From Polymyxa betae A26-41 (Eukaryota; Protista; Endomyxa: Phytomyxea), in the NCBI GenBank assembly GCA_003693705.1, contig RBZT01000832.1, positions 44,802 to 108,801 of the forward strand: 64,000 bases of DNA, given 5' to 3'. The number at the start of each line of letters is the position of its first letter. Positions within the stretch are counted from its first letter, which is position 1. Shown here piece by piece: positions 52,236-63,640 of the stretch. The notes beneath the pieces are model-generated. The model was given only the letters and a program-made list of their open reading frames with translations, had not been told where the DNA came from and did no database searches. The translations under genes and the position numbers were made by a program.

Positions 52236-53438
52236 TTATGAAGGGACAGGATCGGCAGCAGCAGGCCGATCTTCGTCTGTGAACTGTTCGGTTGTCATCT
52301 TCAGAGGCTGATCCGGGAACTCGATCCGTTTCAGTTGCAGTTTAAACAATGCTGAACAATCCACATTAATCGAACACCCGCATTAATAAAGGAATTGAAA
52401 AATCGTCTCAAAGATACGAAAAAAAAAAGTTCAGGAAAAGTCGCATTTTAAAGTCAGCATACCGTTCTCGACTTTGGACGTACTGGCCTGTAGAGTTTCA
52501 ATTTTCATTTGCCATCCTCGAATATGATGCAACGGAAGTCCCTGAAGATAGACGAGAAGATCCTGCATGAACCGCGACGCAACTTTCACCGAATCGATAT
52601 CGCCGCTGGTCGCCCAATTAATCGACTTCCGCATCACCTCGCCGCTGTCATCAACTCAGTCAGTCGATAATGCTGCTGCCAAAGAGCAATGTTTGGGAGG
52701 GAGGATACCTGAGATCGGCGATACCTTGAAGATAATCAGTGGTCAGAATGGGAAAGCGTTCAAGCCCAGCACAGGCAGAAACCAACTTGTCAACAAGCTG
52801 TTCTTTGGAGATCAGACCGCCATTCGTGGACAGGAAATAGTGAAAACTTTCTGCCTGTAAACCATACTTCAAATAAGGAAGCAGAATGTTGATTGAAATA
52901 ACAGAAAGGCAACGAGATGAAAATGTATGGTGCTCTTACCTCAATATATTCCTGAACACCTTGACTAATGGAGTGTTGAAATCTAATAAACGCAGCAAGG
53001 TTGGGGATTGGTTAGAGAAACAGATATGAATGATGACCTGTAGAATTCATGATCGGATTCCACAGCAGCCGCTAATCGACCAAATTTCAGTCGAACCTTG
53101 TCTAGAGCAGCTTTAGCTTGATCCATGATCTTGTGGAAATTGTTCGGTCCAGATCGATGCAGCAGAAAGATGGCCTGAAAAACAGTCAGGCCTCAGAGCG
53201 GGCACTGGATAACACACAATGAATACTGATGATAATCGACAAAATGAAGAAAACAGACATTCCAAACGAGAAAACGCAAGCCGACATTTTTACTGTCTTT
53301 GGTGATTTCTCGAGAGACGATCCGCACGGCTTCCATTCGAAGATTAAAATCATCGATCTGTTTGGCGTACTGTTCGAAGACGTGGACCAGAGATCCAGAT
53401 TCGGTGGTGACAGCCCAGGGCATCTGGCTGGGCGCCAT
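52236..53438 (-). CDS. TSNAX: Translin-associated factor X (TRAX, C3PO nuclease subunit), multi-exon
   Basis: F..YAKQID..N.RME.VR.VSREITKDSK/AIFLLHR; SQGVQEYIE/AESF; DYLQGIADL.GEVMR; KIETLQAS.SKVENA. Acidic catalytic residues are retained. Confidence 0.85.
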
Positions 53439-53782
53439 CGTCCTTCAAATTCTACGACAATGAGAGGGAAATTTGGACGACGGCCAATCAGACTCCAATA
53501 GACATTGCAGGCAGCAGTCGCGCAATATATAAATATTCTGAATCTTTGTCGCGAAATTTGATGCACAAGAACGATTTGAACGTTTGGACAGAGAGTCCAT
53601 TATCGAATGCATGTTACAACTTAGAAAACACCACCTCATCTTGGAATTAGTTTGGTTTGTTTAGTGGTATTACTACCATAGAGATAGCGAAAACGCAACG
53701 AATTATGAAGCTTGCTATATTTTGTTCAGTTACATTTTTCAGCTCCATTGGTTTTGTCGTTATCTTTTGATGATAGTCGTCG

Positions 53783-53860
53783 GATCCAAATAGAGATTTT
53801 TCAGATTCCAATGCGTGCCCTCATTAGGAATGTCTGAAACGGAAAAATCTCTATGTGATC
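53783..53860. repeat. Imperfect inverted repeat/hairpin
   Basis: atagagatttttc (53790-53802) is the exact reverse complement of gaaaaatctctat (53842-53854). The stem extends with outer gatc/gatc and an inner imperfect ttccaatg/cattaggaa pairing. Confidence 0.7.
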
Positions 53861-55130
53861 TCCATAGATATTGTTTGAAAGATATAAATTTCTTTGCAAT
53901 ATTATGGTTCTAGTTCTGTTTTGAAACCATCATCTTTTCAGTACCATTAATATAGGGCTTGAAGATGGCTACAATGTATGACAGTAGTGAAGCCTACAAA
54001 ACTGATTTTCAGTATTGGAGATAATTTCGCATTTTTTTTACCAGTTTCACTTTTCTTCTCGATTACGGCTTTTGATTCTAAATGGTCTGAAGTCTTGATT
54101 CCTTGGTCATATGACACGCATGCAATTGAAGATATCTACCAGCTTAACCAGTAGGCTGGTCTTAGGGCTCCTGTTTCAATGTAGTTGGCTAACAAGTATA
54201 TCATGGATTGAATTCGACTAGTTTGTTGGTTTCATCAGTATCCGATGCTTCTCTATGGCACAAGGCCTGAGGTACGACGGCTATTCATCATGTTCTCCTA
54301 CTTCAGATTCAGAGCTTTCTCTAATCACGCGATCATGGGATAGGGAGGGTTCTGATAGGACTCCACGTGAAGTAAGAGATCAAGGCGGTGACGATATGGG
54401 TCTTGATTACCGGTTCAATTGACAGGGACATGATCAAGCTAATGTATATGAGAGCTATAGGCCGGGTGCATTTCGTTAGTACTTGATTGAGCCTTCCCTC
54501 TTACTGATACTGTATTCATATGCGTATAATACTCATATGCTGGCGTAATGTGCAAACAAGCGAGTTTCGGAAGTAAGCTCGCAATTTTCCAATGCGTGTC
54601 TATAAATAGCCGAGACGACTGACTGAAACGCCAGTGGGAGTTCTACATACCTACAATGATCCACTGGGCACTGGGGGCGGAAATTTCTATGGACCTTTTG
54701 GGTGCGGGTTGCCCGGGACAGGTTCTTGATCGTTTACCTTAGAAAGAGGAGCATTGACCGAGCCGAATCTTCCCGAACCCGAACCAAACACAATTCAAAC
54801 GAAAATGACCCAACTCCGGAACGTCATTTCGCCAGTCTGTCGGGTTTGGCCCAGTGCCACCATTAGCTCGTTAAGGCAGTATTTCGACGCAGGGCCAGCA
54901 CGAACTCAATCGTAACGATGGCACGCCTGCGATCAGGACCAGTACGGCGGTGACCTGACGATGGCCGTTTTCGGCCAAGTAAGTGTTGGAATGGGTGGGA
55001 TGTCGACCCACTGCCCGGGGACAAGAACCACGCGCTGGCAAGTCTCGGTATGTTTGACCGCCACTACCGCCAAGATCACGTCCGCCCGGAGTTGTCCCGG
55101 GCCGTACTTCACACCTCCTAGATTCGTCCA

Positions 55131-56632
55131 ATGGAGTTGACCGTAACGTCGGTGATTGCTGAAACGACGTTACCTCCACCATCACCCGTCAATGAGAAAC
55201 GACATCTGTTAGGCATCTGTGCTATCCTCCTATCGATTGCATACTTTCGATGTGTAAATCCAACCGAATTTTATCTTCATGAGTATCTGGAGACCGAGAA
55301 GCGTCTCCATGCTCTGGATATCGTCCATCAGGGTATTTCTAGGTCAAATTGGTCTCCGAGACATGGTAACTGAATTTCTTTGTTAACTATAGTTTGGCCA
55401 TTAGCAGCATACGCCCAGCTGATAGCTCTTATACCGGTCGCTATTGGTGCTGGTAAATACTTCCGTTATTCAAGTCTCATTATAACCGGTATATATTAGC
55501 CTTCCGCTAATGTCATTGCTCCATCACTCATAATATGTCTGTCTCTAGGTCTGACATTACGTCTGGCATCCAATGCAATTCTGTTACTATCCCCACCGGA
55601 GTCGAACTGGCCCTATCAGGTCGCACTGGCCCTGCTCGGGTCCGGGTTTGCATGCAAGGCCGCTTTCCTGTCATTTTCCTATACCGTTCTGCCCGTCCAG
55701 TTGTTTATTCGTTTGGTAAGTGGATCGCTATGAGCACTGGGCGAGCCAGTCACGACGAACTAACGATGCACGTAGGCCAGGTATAAACGCGGCGTCAACC
55801 TGGTCGGGTATATGAGCGGCGGGGCCGTCGCCTTCGTCTTGAAGAGGACCGGGACCGACTGGTCAATCTTCTTCATCGCGCAGCAGATTGCATTGGCTCT
55901 CACATTGCTGATCTTCGTCAACAGCTATATGCTGAGTCTGCGCCGATCTCGGATCAAGTCCGACGTCCCGGCCATGGAATCCGGCAGGGACCTGGTGGCG
56001 CTGGGTCGTATCGCTCTTCGCAACCCTGGCGTACTGGCCGCCTCGGGCTGGTACGTCCTGACGTTGGCCGCCTTCGAAGTCGTTAACGCCAATGCCTCGA
56101 CGTTGCTGTTCGTCGTCGATCCGGCCGCCGACGCCAACGGCGTCGTCCTGGCCTTGGCCCGACTCGTGTCGGCGCTGGTCACGATCGCATTTGGCGCCCG
56201 ACTGCATACGAACCCGAAAGTGGGCGCCGTACTGGCCGGCACGACACTATCGGCGGTCATCACCGCCGGTCTGGGCCAGTGCGGCTCGGTGTCGATGGCG
56301 TACGCTGGCGTCATCGGCCTCACCGTCATCCTAGAGCCATGTTTCTGCGCCATCATGAACGTGATCGCCGACGGGTTGGTAGTACTGTCTCCCCCGCCGC
56401 GTTACTGATTGCTGTATGGAACAGGGTACCAAGTTCGTTACGCCGGGCCGCGATCTTCGCCAATATCATGGCGTCATTGTCGGTGGAGGCCGTCCTCAAT
56501 GCGGGTTGTCGTATTGTCTGGGTATCAATACCAACCCTGTTTATGGTCCTGGCTGCAACGTTGATGACGTCGGCGGTCGTACTGGTCGTCTACCTCGTCG
56601 TGAATCGTCGTCAGTGTCAAGATCACCTATGA
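55131..56632 (+). CDS. SLC19 reduced-folate/thiamine carrier family transporter, multi-exon
   Basis: YFRCVNPTEFYLHEYLETEK..DIVHQ/VWPLAAYA.LIALIPV..YFRY matches the SLC19 (RPxEPFL..YL..K..V..EI.PVW.Y..D.LRY) N-terminus. Multiple TM helices. Confidence 0.78.
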
Positions 56633-56837
56633 GATCACCTCTCCCATTACACTATCTGTGTTTCTTGTTTAATCGTGAGAGAACATCCCATCCAATTGTT
56701 AAATTTATTTCTATCTCCGTTTCAAGCATAACAATATACGATCTGTCAGCCTGCCAAACATCTTGCTTCAACTAGTACGCTTCCGTCGCGATCAGCATCA
56801 TTGAGAGTTCTGAATCGCGCAGTAATAGCGAGCCTCG

Positions 56838-57719
56838 ATGACGGTACCCAGAACGATTCCGATCATGATGCCATGGTCGATCGCCTTCCTATCAATTCTG
56901 GTCGCCAATCTGGGCACGGCGGTTGCCACCGTCCACATTCTGCATGATGGAACTTTTCAGGAGCGAATTCGTGATGGGACCTGGCTGGTTGTGTTCTCAT
57001 CATCATGGTGCGCGACATGTAAAGCATTATCCCCAATCATCGAACAGATCGCCAGCGATCAGCGCCTCATCGATTCCGGCGTCAAAATCGGCAAGGTGGT
57101 CGCGTTTTAGCCCAGCTTGTGATGTTCAGGGTTTAGGGTTCTGTCGTTCGTTGGCTGAAATTGTGTTTCAGGTCGATGTTCAAACCGATCCTTCGACAGC
57201 TCGTGATGAACACGTTGATTATATTCCCAGCATATACTTGTAATTATCAGATTATAATCGCATGCAATATCTCAGTCTTTCCTAGCTATAGCAGAACGAG
57301 AAACGTTCGTGTTCCATTCAAAGGTAAATCCATTTGATCCAAAACATTGTCACCAAAGCTTTGCTGTAAACAATTTCGCTCTTCAGAAATGCTTGAAAGC
57401 GAATTGTTTCAATGGCTGATAGTTCGTATCAGATTCGATGTCAAATCTATTTGAAGCTAATCCTGGTAGCCAACAGAACCCGCTCGGAGCCAAGATTGTC
57501 GCCTTCGTCCTGGATCAGCATGACCGACATGGGTCTGGTCGATCTACACCAACGGAATCCAGGAAGCCCAGCGCCAGCTCTGACGTCCTGGCCGAAGCCC
57601 GACAGTTCGCCTACCAGGTCGCCAGCCAGAATCTGCCAGTTTTCACAGCAATCGTTTACGCGCTGGGTCTGGCCCAAGGCCTATTCGTCGGCGTCCTTTA
57701 CAGGATTCGAACATCGTAG
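56838..57719 (+). CDS. Thioredoxin-related transmembrane protein (TMX-like), multi-exon
   Basis: Signal peptide; GTWLVVFSSSWCATCKAL; KIGK/VDV..YIPSIY; C-terminal TM FTAIVYALGLAQGLFVGVLY. Confidence 0.8.
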
Positions 57720-58310
57720 ATTGTATGGGGCGTGAACAAGTCAGTAGCTGGCCATTGATAAAGCAATAACTATAAGTGACTGTTCATTTAAAGCCGAATT
57801 AGATAGATACTTGATATGATACAAAACTGCTATTGTGAATCTCGAGCTATGGGACTTCTAATCTCTGAATTAAGAATTTAAATGGCTCCCTCGGCTGAGG
57901 TCATTTTCAAATGGGCTGAATCGTAATGCTGCTTGGTCTGTAAAAAATCCCTGAAACTTTGACGGGCTGCAGTAGCTGTCAACCTGCTTTCAAGATAATC
58001 ATAGATTGACTGTTTAACATCGTTGATTAAGCGTCAACCCACAAACGGCGATGCAGTTAAAAGGACGAGGCTGCATTCTACGAAAATAAGTCGTACCAAT
58101 TATTAGTGGAGATTTCACACACAATCCTTTATCATAAACCGCAGCCACCTTTTACACCTATTAATCGAGTCTCGCATTTGCGTTACAGAAATCATCTGAG
58201 GTCTTTGATTGAATATCTTCGTAATAATCACGCGGTCGAAGTTCGGATCGCCGATTCGCCGTCGCGGACCCCGAACCAATCCCGACACTGGCTATAATAA
58301 AATCAATCTC

Positions 58311-59193
58311 ATGATACCAAGCCTGCTACATCTGTGGGCGGCTATCGCCTCCATATGCAGCTCTACCGATAGAGAAGTCGACGCCATCGTTCAGCAGACC
58401 CAGCTGATCCCTTCGCTGTCGAGTCGCGACCGATTTGAAGTCATTCTGGACGTAAAAGGGGCGACGTGCTTACACCTGGTTCCATTAGTCGAACCAGACA
58501 AGATGCAATTGCGTGTGATGCGTATGCATCCAAACGAGATCGACAGGTTTCAATGCCCTTCCGATGACGTCTTGATGGCCGCCGTCGATCGTTTGGCGAG
58601 CGATAACACTCTGAAACTCCGCGAGCTGATCGTAGAGGACGACACTCGGTTGCCGTTCGACAGCGCCAACCCGGGCTCGTGCCGATTCCCTTCGCTGCTG
58701 CTCTTGACGCTGTTTTCCTCGACACCGCAGCCATTGTCGTACTACACCCGCTTCGGATTCACTTGGGCCAAGCCGTCGACAAGCAATCAGATCTGGTCGG
58801 CAGCTCAAGCGATGCACAGATCGCCTTTACGAGAACTTCTCAACTCACGATATCTCGAGGAGTTGTCCAGAAAGGTACCTTCTCTATATTTTCATCTCTA
58901 CAAACCTTGTTGACAACATTTGATTTTATCTTATTCTTCATTAAATGCTTCGGATTTCTGACCGATGATGTCTGTAGTTTCCTGACTTAAAAGAAGAAGA
59001 TGTGATTAAACCATTACCGGTATTGTTACGAGAACTACGCGAACATGATGCAAAACAAGCTGAGAAACTTCTAGCTACTATTGACGAATACGGCCGATCG
59101 ATGGTTGATGACCCCGGAAGAATCAATGTTTTCCTCATATTGAGCCGTATTTATCCCATGAAAAAAGTGTACAATCAACCAGCAGCATTATAG
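58311..59193 (+). CDS. Putative secreted protein with GNAT-like signature (2 exons)
   Basis: Signal-like MIPSLLHLWAAIASICSS. An intron at 58875-58977 joins ORF 59002..59193 in frame. Contains the motif LSYYTRFGF. Confidence 0.65.
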
Positions 59194-60020
59194 GCCCAAA
59201 CAACCAATTGTAAATACCTTCCCAGAGTTGCATTTAACTCGATATCTCTATGCAATGGATCATGCTTTTGGTTAATATCTAAACATAAACCTATGTATGA
59301 GCTTAAGCGTCTAACGAAAGGATTTTTATTTTCTGGCAAAACAATCGCTCTGAAGCCCAAAAATACAACTGCTCTTAGACAGAACAGAACAAGTACAAAC
59401 GAGACGAGATGGCTGAGATAACTAGGCAGACAGCATAGCGCACGATAAGATTGGACGCTCTACAGAAGAGATTTGTGGAATCTGAGTCCAAGCCACTGCG
59501 TTTATGTCAAACGTCATTTCGTCGTTCGTTGGTGTCATTTTGGTGCTCGAAAAAGACGTAAACAAGGCTTGGAACTACATGCATTAAACCACCAGGTTCT
59601 TTTTCTGTTGGGAGGGGTGGGCATCCTCTTTGAATGCCCTAGACCGTGATGAGACCAAATTCTCTGCTCTACAGGCACTATCCATATCTAACGCCTTACC
59701 GCCATCAGTGTTCCTGTTTACTAATAGGTTGACAACAAGATCCAAGCGAAAGCGATGCTATCATCAGCGATTTTCACCAGAAGAAGTGCAGAAGAACATC
59801 ATGTTCAACGAAAAATGAAGAGCATCCATTGAGCATTTTAGGTGACATGCAGGCAGCCAGATAATATCGACCTACAAAAAGCAAGGTTGAGCGAAAAACA
59901 GACAAGAAGAGGTACCTCCAAGGCAAGAGTAACATAATGGAAGCGCAGCCCTCCAGTCTCTACTACAGAATACAGATTTACATTTTAGAGCGGGATATTC
60001 AAGTGTCTTCCTTCAGCAAA

Positions 60021-60434
60021 ATGAATGATGAAGTGCTTACGACACCTTCGAAGGCTAGAAGGCGAGCGGTCACAACGCCTCTGTTCACTCCCCAATCGGC
60101 AGCTCGCGCGCGCATGATGGGCAATATGCTGCTGAAAATGCAAGCGACGCCGTCCAGAACGAACCTAGATTTCTCAATACCTGCGGGAACTGCTGCTGAG
60201 ACTCAGTCGAAAGGCGAAAAGGAATCCCTAGTGCGAAGACGTCTGAAAACTGCATCTTCGCAGTCAGAAAGCGATGAGGATCTGGCTCATTTGAAATCTG
60301 TTATATCCGATGAAAATACAAATCCCTGCCAAGATGGTAGCTTCAACAAAGATATTCTCGAAATGGATGAAGCAACTCTGGAATCTGAACGACAAGCTTT
60401 GGAGAACGAAATTAACCAACTTCTATCTAACTAA
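60021..60434 (+). CDS. Hypothetical low-complexity protein, possibly a disrupted gene continuing to 60866
   Basis: MNDEVLTTPSKARRRAVTTP..., ending in a coiled-coil segment. The same frame reopens immediately after the TAA at 60432-60434. Confidence 0.4.
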   Translation: MNDEVLTTPSKARRRAVTTPLFTPQSAARARMMGNMLLKMQATPSRTNLDFSIPAGTAAETQSKGEKESLVRRRLKTASSQSESDEDLAHLKSVISDENTNPCQDGSFNKDILEMDEATLESERQALENEINQLLSN

Positions 60435-61301
60435 AGGCATAATATTTTGCAGTCATCGTCTGCCGATCGCCATCAATGCCACAAGAATGAGATTACTATT
60501 GTGTGTCTCAGTATTGCCTCTCGTGCTTTGTATAAGAACTTCTCGCAATCGAGCATCATTCAAAGCTCGCGACGATCAGCTCGCATTCTCCCGAATTCCA
60601 AACGTTGTAGAGCAAGCTTGAAAGCACTGTCGATCAAGCGACGACCTTTATTTTTGGTATTTCGCTATTCTGATGGCTTCCTGCAACTTAGTACTTTTAC
60701 GTTCTCACCGTCCTCAAACCGATTCCGTTTGTTGTCTAACGGTCGAACTCGTCTTTGTGATTACCAAACAAATACGGGCAATTGCCTCCATTGCTTCCCG
60801 ATTTTCAGATTTTGCTGTTTGAATTACAGCACCTCTGACTCGTTACAGATTGACTTCGTGTGCTGACTCTGCCTTTCAAAAGCATTCAAGAGCTGGCCAC
60901 CTTCTATGTTCAAATGGGGTCCCCGATTGCCGTGATGAAGTAGTTCCGCCAGCTTCAAAATTTTAACAAGAGCTCAGATCTTGTTTGAATAGCACTGTCT
61001 TTCTCAACTTTGACAAATTAGATACATAACTTTTCATAGATGAGCGGCGTTACACTCTAGGCAGCCTTCCTTTTCTTGAACACCGAGCTGGCTGGAGTCC
61101 GAGGCTTCATGCATATACGACAAAGTAGCCGACTTGTATGTACAGTAGAAAGAATTTCGCTTAGTCGACGGAGTCTGGGCCTACATACCGTAGCCATTTC
61201 TCAGATATTCGGAGGCCTCAGCACAGTATCTTCGCTCCGAGTCTGTCTGCGGTGCCATTGGTTGGGGCGCCGCAGCCTTCGTGCTTTGACTTTGTTCCAA
61301 G

Positions 61302-62209
61302 ATGTCACATATACAGCTAACAAGCGCCTTATCTGTTTTGAATCAGCTGTTTTTATCGGAAGCGACCAGCGGTCTAGTTCTTGCAGTGAATGGAAAACAG
61401 TTCCACGTTCATCGCTGCGTCGTGGCTAACAGCAGCGATTTGGTCAGAAGATGGATTGATTCGCCACTTACTGGTAGTAGCAAAGACAAAAGCCATGATA
61501 GACAGGTTTCTATTAAAGTCGATCTATCATCGATAGGTTTTGCGGAAGACCAAGACCCATTAGACTTATTCCTGCTCTATTTGAAGCTGATGTATTCTTT
61601 GATAATTCTCAGTGATTTGCCACAACAAACAGTTCTCTGTGTTACTGCAATCTGCAATTATATGATGTCTACAAAGTTGAAGGATGAATGCGAACAGCAT
61701 CTAGTCAACAATCTGGTCCTGCAAGAAAACACCCTGCGCTTCGCCAAGTTACACAGCCTGAACCGAGTTGCTGATAAAGCATTGCAGCTATTGATTGGGT
61801 CTGAGCGTCTGAATAAGGAGATCATACCTGACCTTGACAATAACGATGTGGAAGGTATTGTTAGCAAGATTGAGGGAAGGACCATTCTTGCTACTCGAAC
61901 TCCCGCACGCATAGGGACAATTTCACTTTTCTTATCCTATATTGCCTGAATGATAAGAATGCAGATCTGGCTACGAAAAATATCGTTATTTCAAATCTGG
62001 ATCGATTCCGTCGTTTGCCTGATTGGGTCAATTCATTGTCACAAAAATGGGGCAAGGGAGATTTCCAGCATGCTCAGGCTTTGCTAGCAAGATTTGTGCC
62101 TGATCGAACTTTAGAAAAATCCGAATCCATGATCAAGTTCTATAGATATCTGTCTGATCTAAGAGGTGTCCTCCTCCAACAAATTGTAAAAGACCACCTC
62201 CGCTATTAA
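61302..62209 (+). pseudogene. BTB/POZ family member 2, frameshifted near 61870-61915
   Basis: Homology with the paralogues continues in another frame (DNFTFLILYCLND..ISNLDRFRRLPDW..FYRYLSDLRG). No plausibly sized GT-AG intron restores the frame. Confidence 0.72.
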
Positions 62210-62800
62210 TATCGACAAGAATGCCCTGGCTTCATTACATCTAAATGATTCGTCCAACAAAGACGGTGTAATTCGCATTTATCTATTTCAAGGCAAAGCT
62301 CGACAAGAAGCCCAAATCGACGCTTCTGAATAAACAACGTCGATCGAGTCCTACAGCCAGCCTCGATTTACATGGTGAATCCTCAAATCTGTGTGGAAAT
62401 CTTTTTAATTCAGCTGGAATCGGTTAGAGACCGACAATTCGCCAACACATCCCATATACTTGGGCGCCAGCTTGTCGTCTAATTCACGTGCAGGGACTTA
62501 CCATAGACAATGGTCAGGCAGAGATGGGTCTCTACCAAAGGCATTATTATCGTTGCATTATTTTCAAACGATTTGCATTGTTACTTGAACGGAGAGGACG
62601 TTCATGGAGTGATCGATACGATCGCCGTTCGTTGTCTTTTCCATTGATAAAGACGTGAAACATCACCCAGCTTGATCCGAAGCATCGATTAATTTTACGC
62701 ATGGACGACCGGCAGAGCAAACGCCATTCATCCATGTTGTATTCATAATGGTTTAGAGTCGCATACACAGGATCATCTGCCTGGTTGATCCGATTCCAAT

Positions 62801-63640
62801 ATGCCACCGCTAGCAAGCGCTGAAGCCGTTCTAAATCAGCTGTTTTTATCGGAAGCAACTAGCGATCTAGTTCTGGTGGTGAATGGACGGCAGCTCTATG
62901 TACACCGCTGCATTGTGGCTGAGAGCAGCGATTTAATCAAAGGATGGATCGATTCACCACTTGCAGGGCGTCAAGCGGAAGGAAATACAGGCCGGATTTC
63001 CATCAAAATCGATCTGCCATCGATCGGCGCGAAGGGACAGGAAATCGTATTCGGCCTGTTCGTGATTTATTTGAAGCTGGTATACTCGCTGAAGAAGCCC
63101 TGTGATTTATTGCAAACAACGGCTTTGTATGTCGCCGCAATCGCCAATTATATGTTATCGCCCAACGTGAAGGATGTCTGCGAAGAGCATCTAGTCAACA
63201 ATCTGGTCCTGGAAGAAGGCATTCTGCGTTTTGCCAGATTACACAGCCTGAACCGAGTTGTTGATAGAGTAATGCAGTTCTTAGCCAAGTCCGAGCCATT
63301 GAAAACAGAGCTCATACCAGATCTTGATAACGATGATATTGATAGCATTTTCAATAGCCGAAGAAAAATGTATCCTAGGCACTGCAACACAAATGAGAAA
63401 AATTTTGATTTTCTCATTCGATATTGCCTGAATGACAACACAGCCGATGTGATTGGTAAGAAATCAAAAGTTCTATTCGTCTCAGATCTGCACCGTTTCC
63501 ATCGCTTGCATCATTGGATCGAACTACTTCCAGAAGACTGGAGAATTACAGATTTCCAACATGCTGAGGTTTTGCTAGGCAGATTGCTCCCTGGTCCAAC
63601 TTTGATGAAGGTCGTGTGTCAATATATACGCAATAATTGA
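62801..63640 (+). CDS. BTB/POZ family member 3, C-terminally truncated
   Basis: LNQLFLSEATSDLVLVVNGRQLYVHRCIVAESSDLI. It aligns with the paralogues up to RLLPGPTL and then lacks the FYRxxSDLRG helix. Confidence 0.85.
   Translation: MPPLASAEAVLNQLFLSEATSDLVLVVNGRQLYVHRCIVAESSDLIKGWIDSPLAGRQAEGNTGRISIKIDLPSIGAKGQEIVFGLFVIYLKLVYSLKKPCDLLQTTALYVAAIANYMLSPNVKDVCEEHLVNNLVLEEGILRFARLHSLNRVVDRVMQFLAKSEPLKTELIPDLDNDDIDSIFNSRRKMYPRHCNTNEKNFDFLIRYCLNDNTADVIGKKSKVLFVSDLHRFHRLHHWIELLPEDWRITDFQHAEVLLGRLLPGPTLMKVVCQYIRNN

Noticed and set aside
57124-57140. Telomere-like ttcaggg-tttaggg (also cctaaacccctaaa near 49081)
   Set aside because: Only two imperfect units inside introns, consistent with chance.
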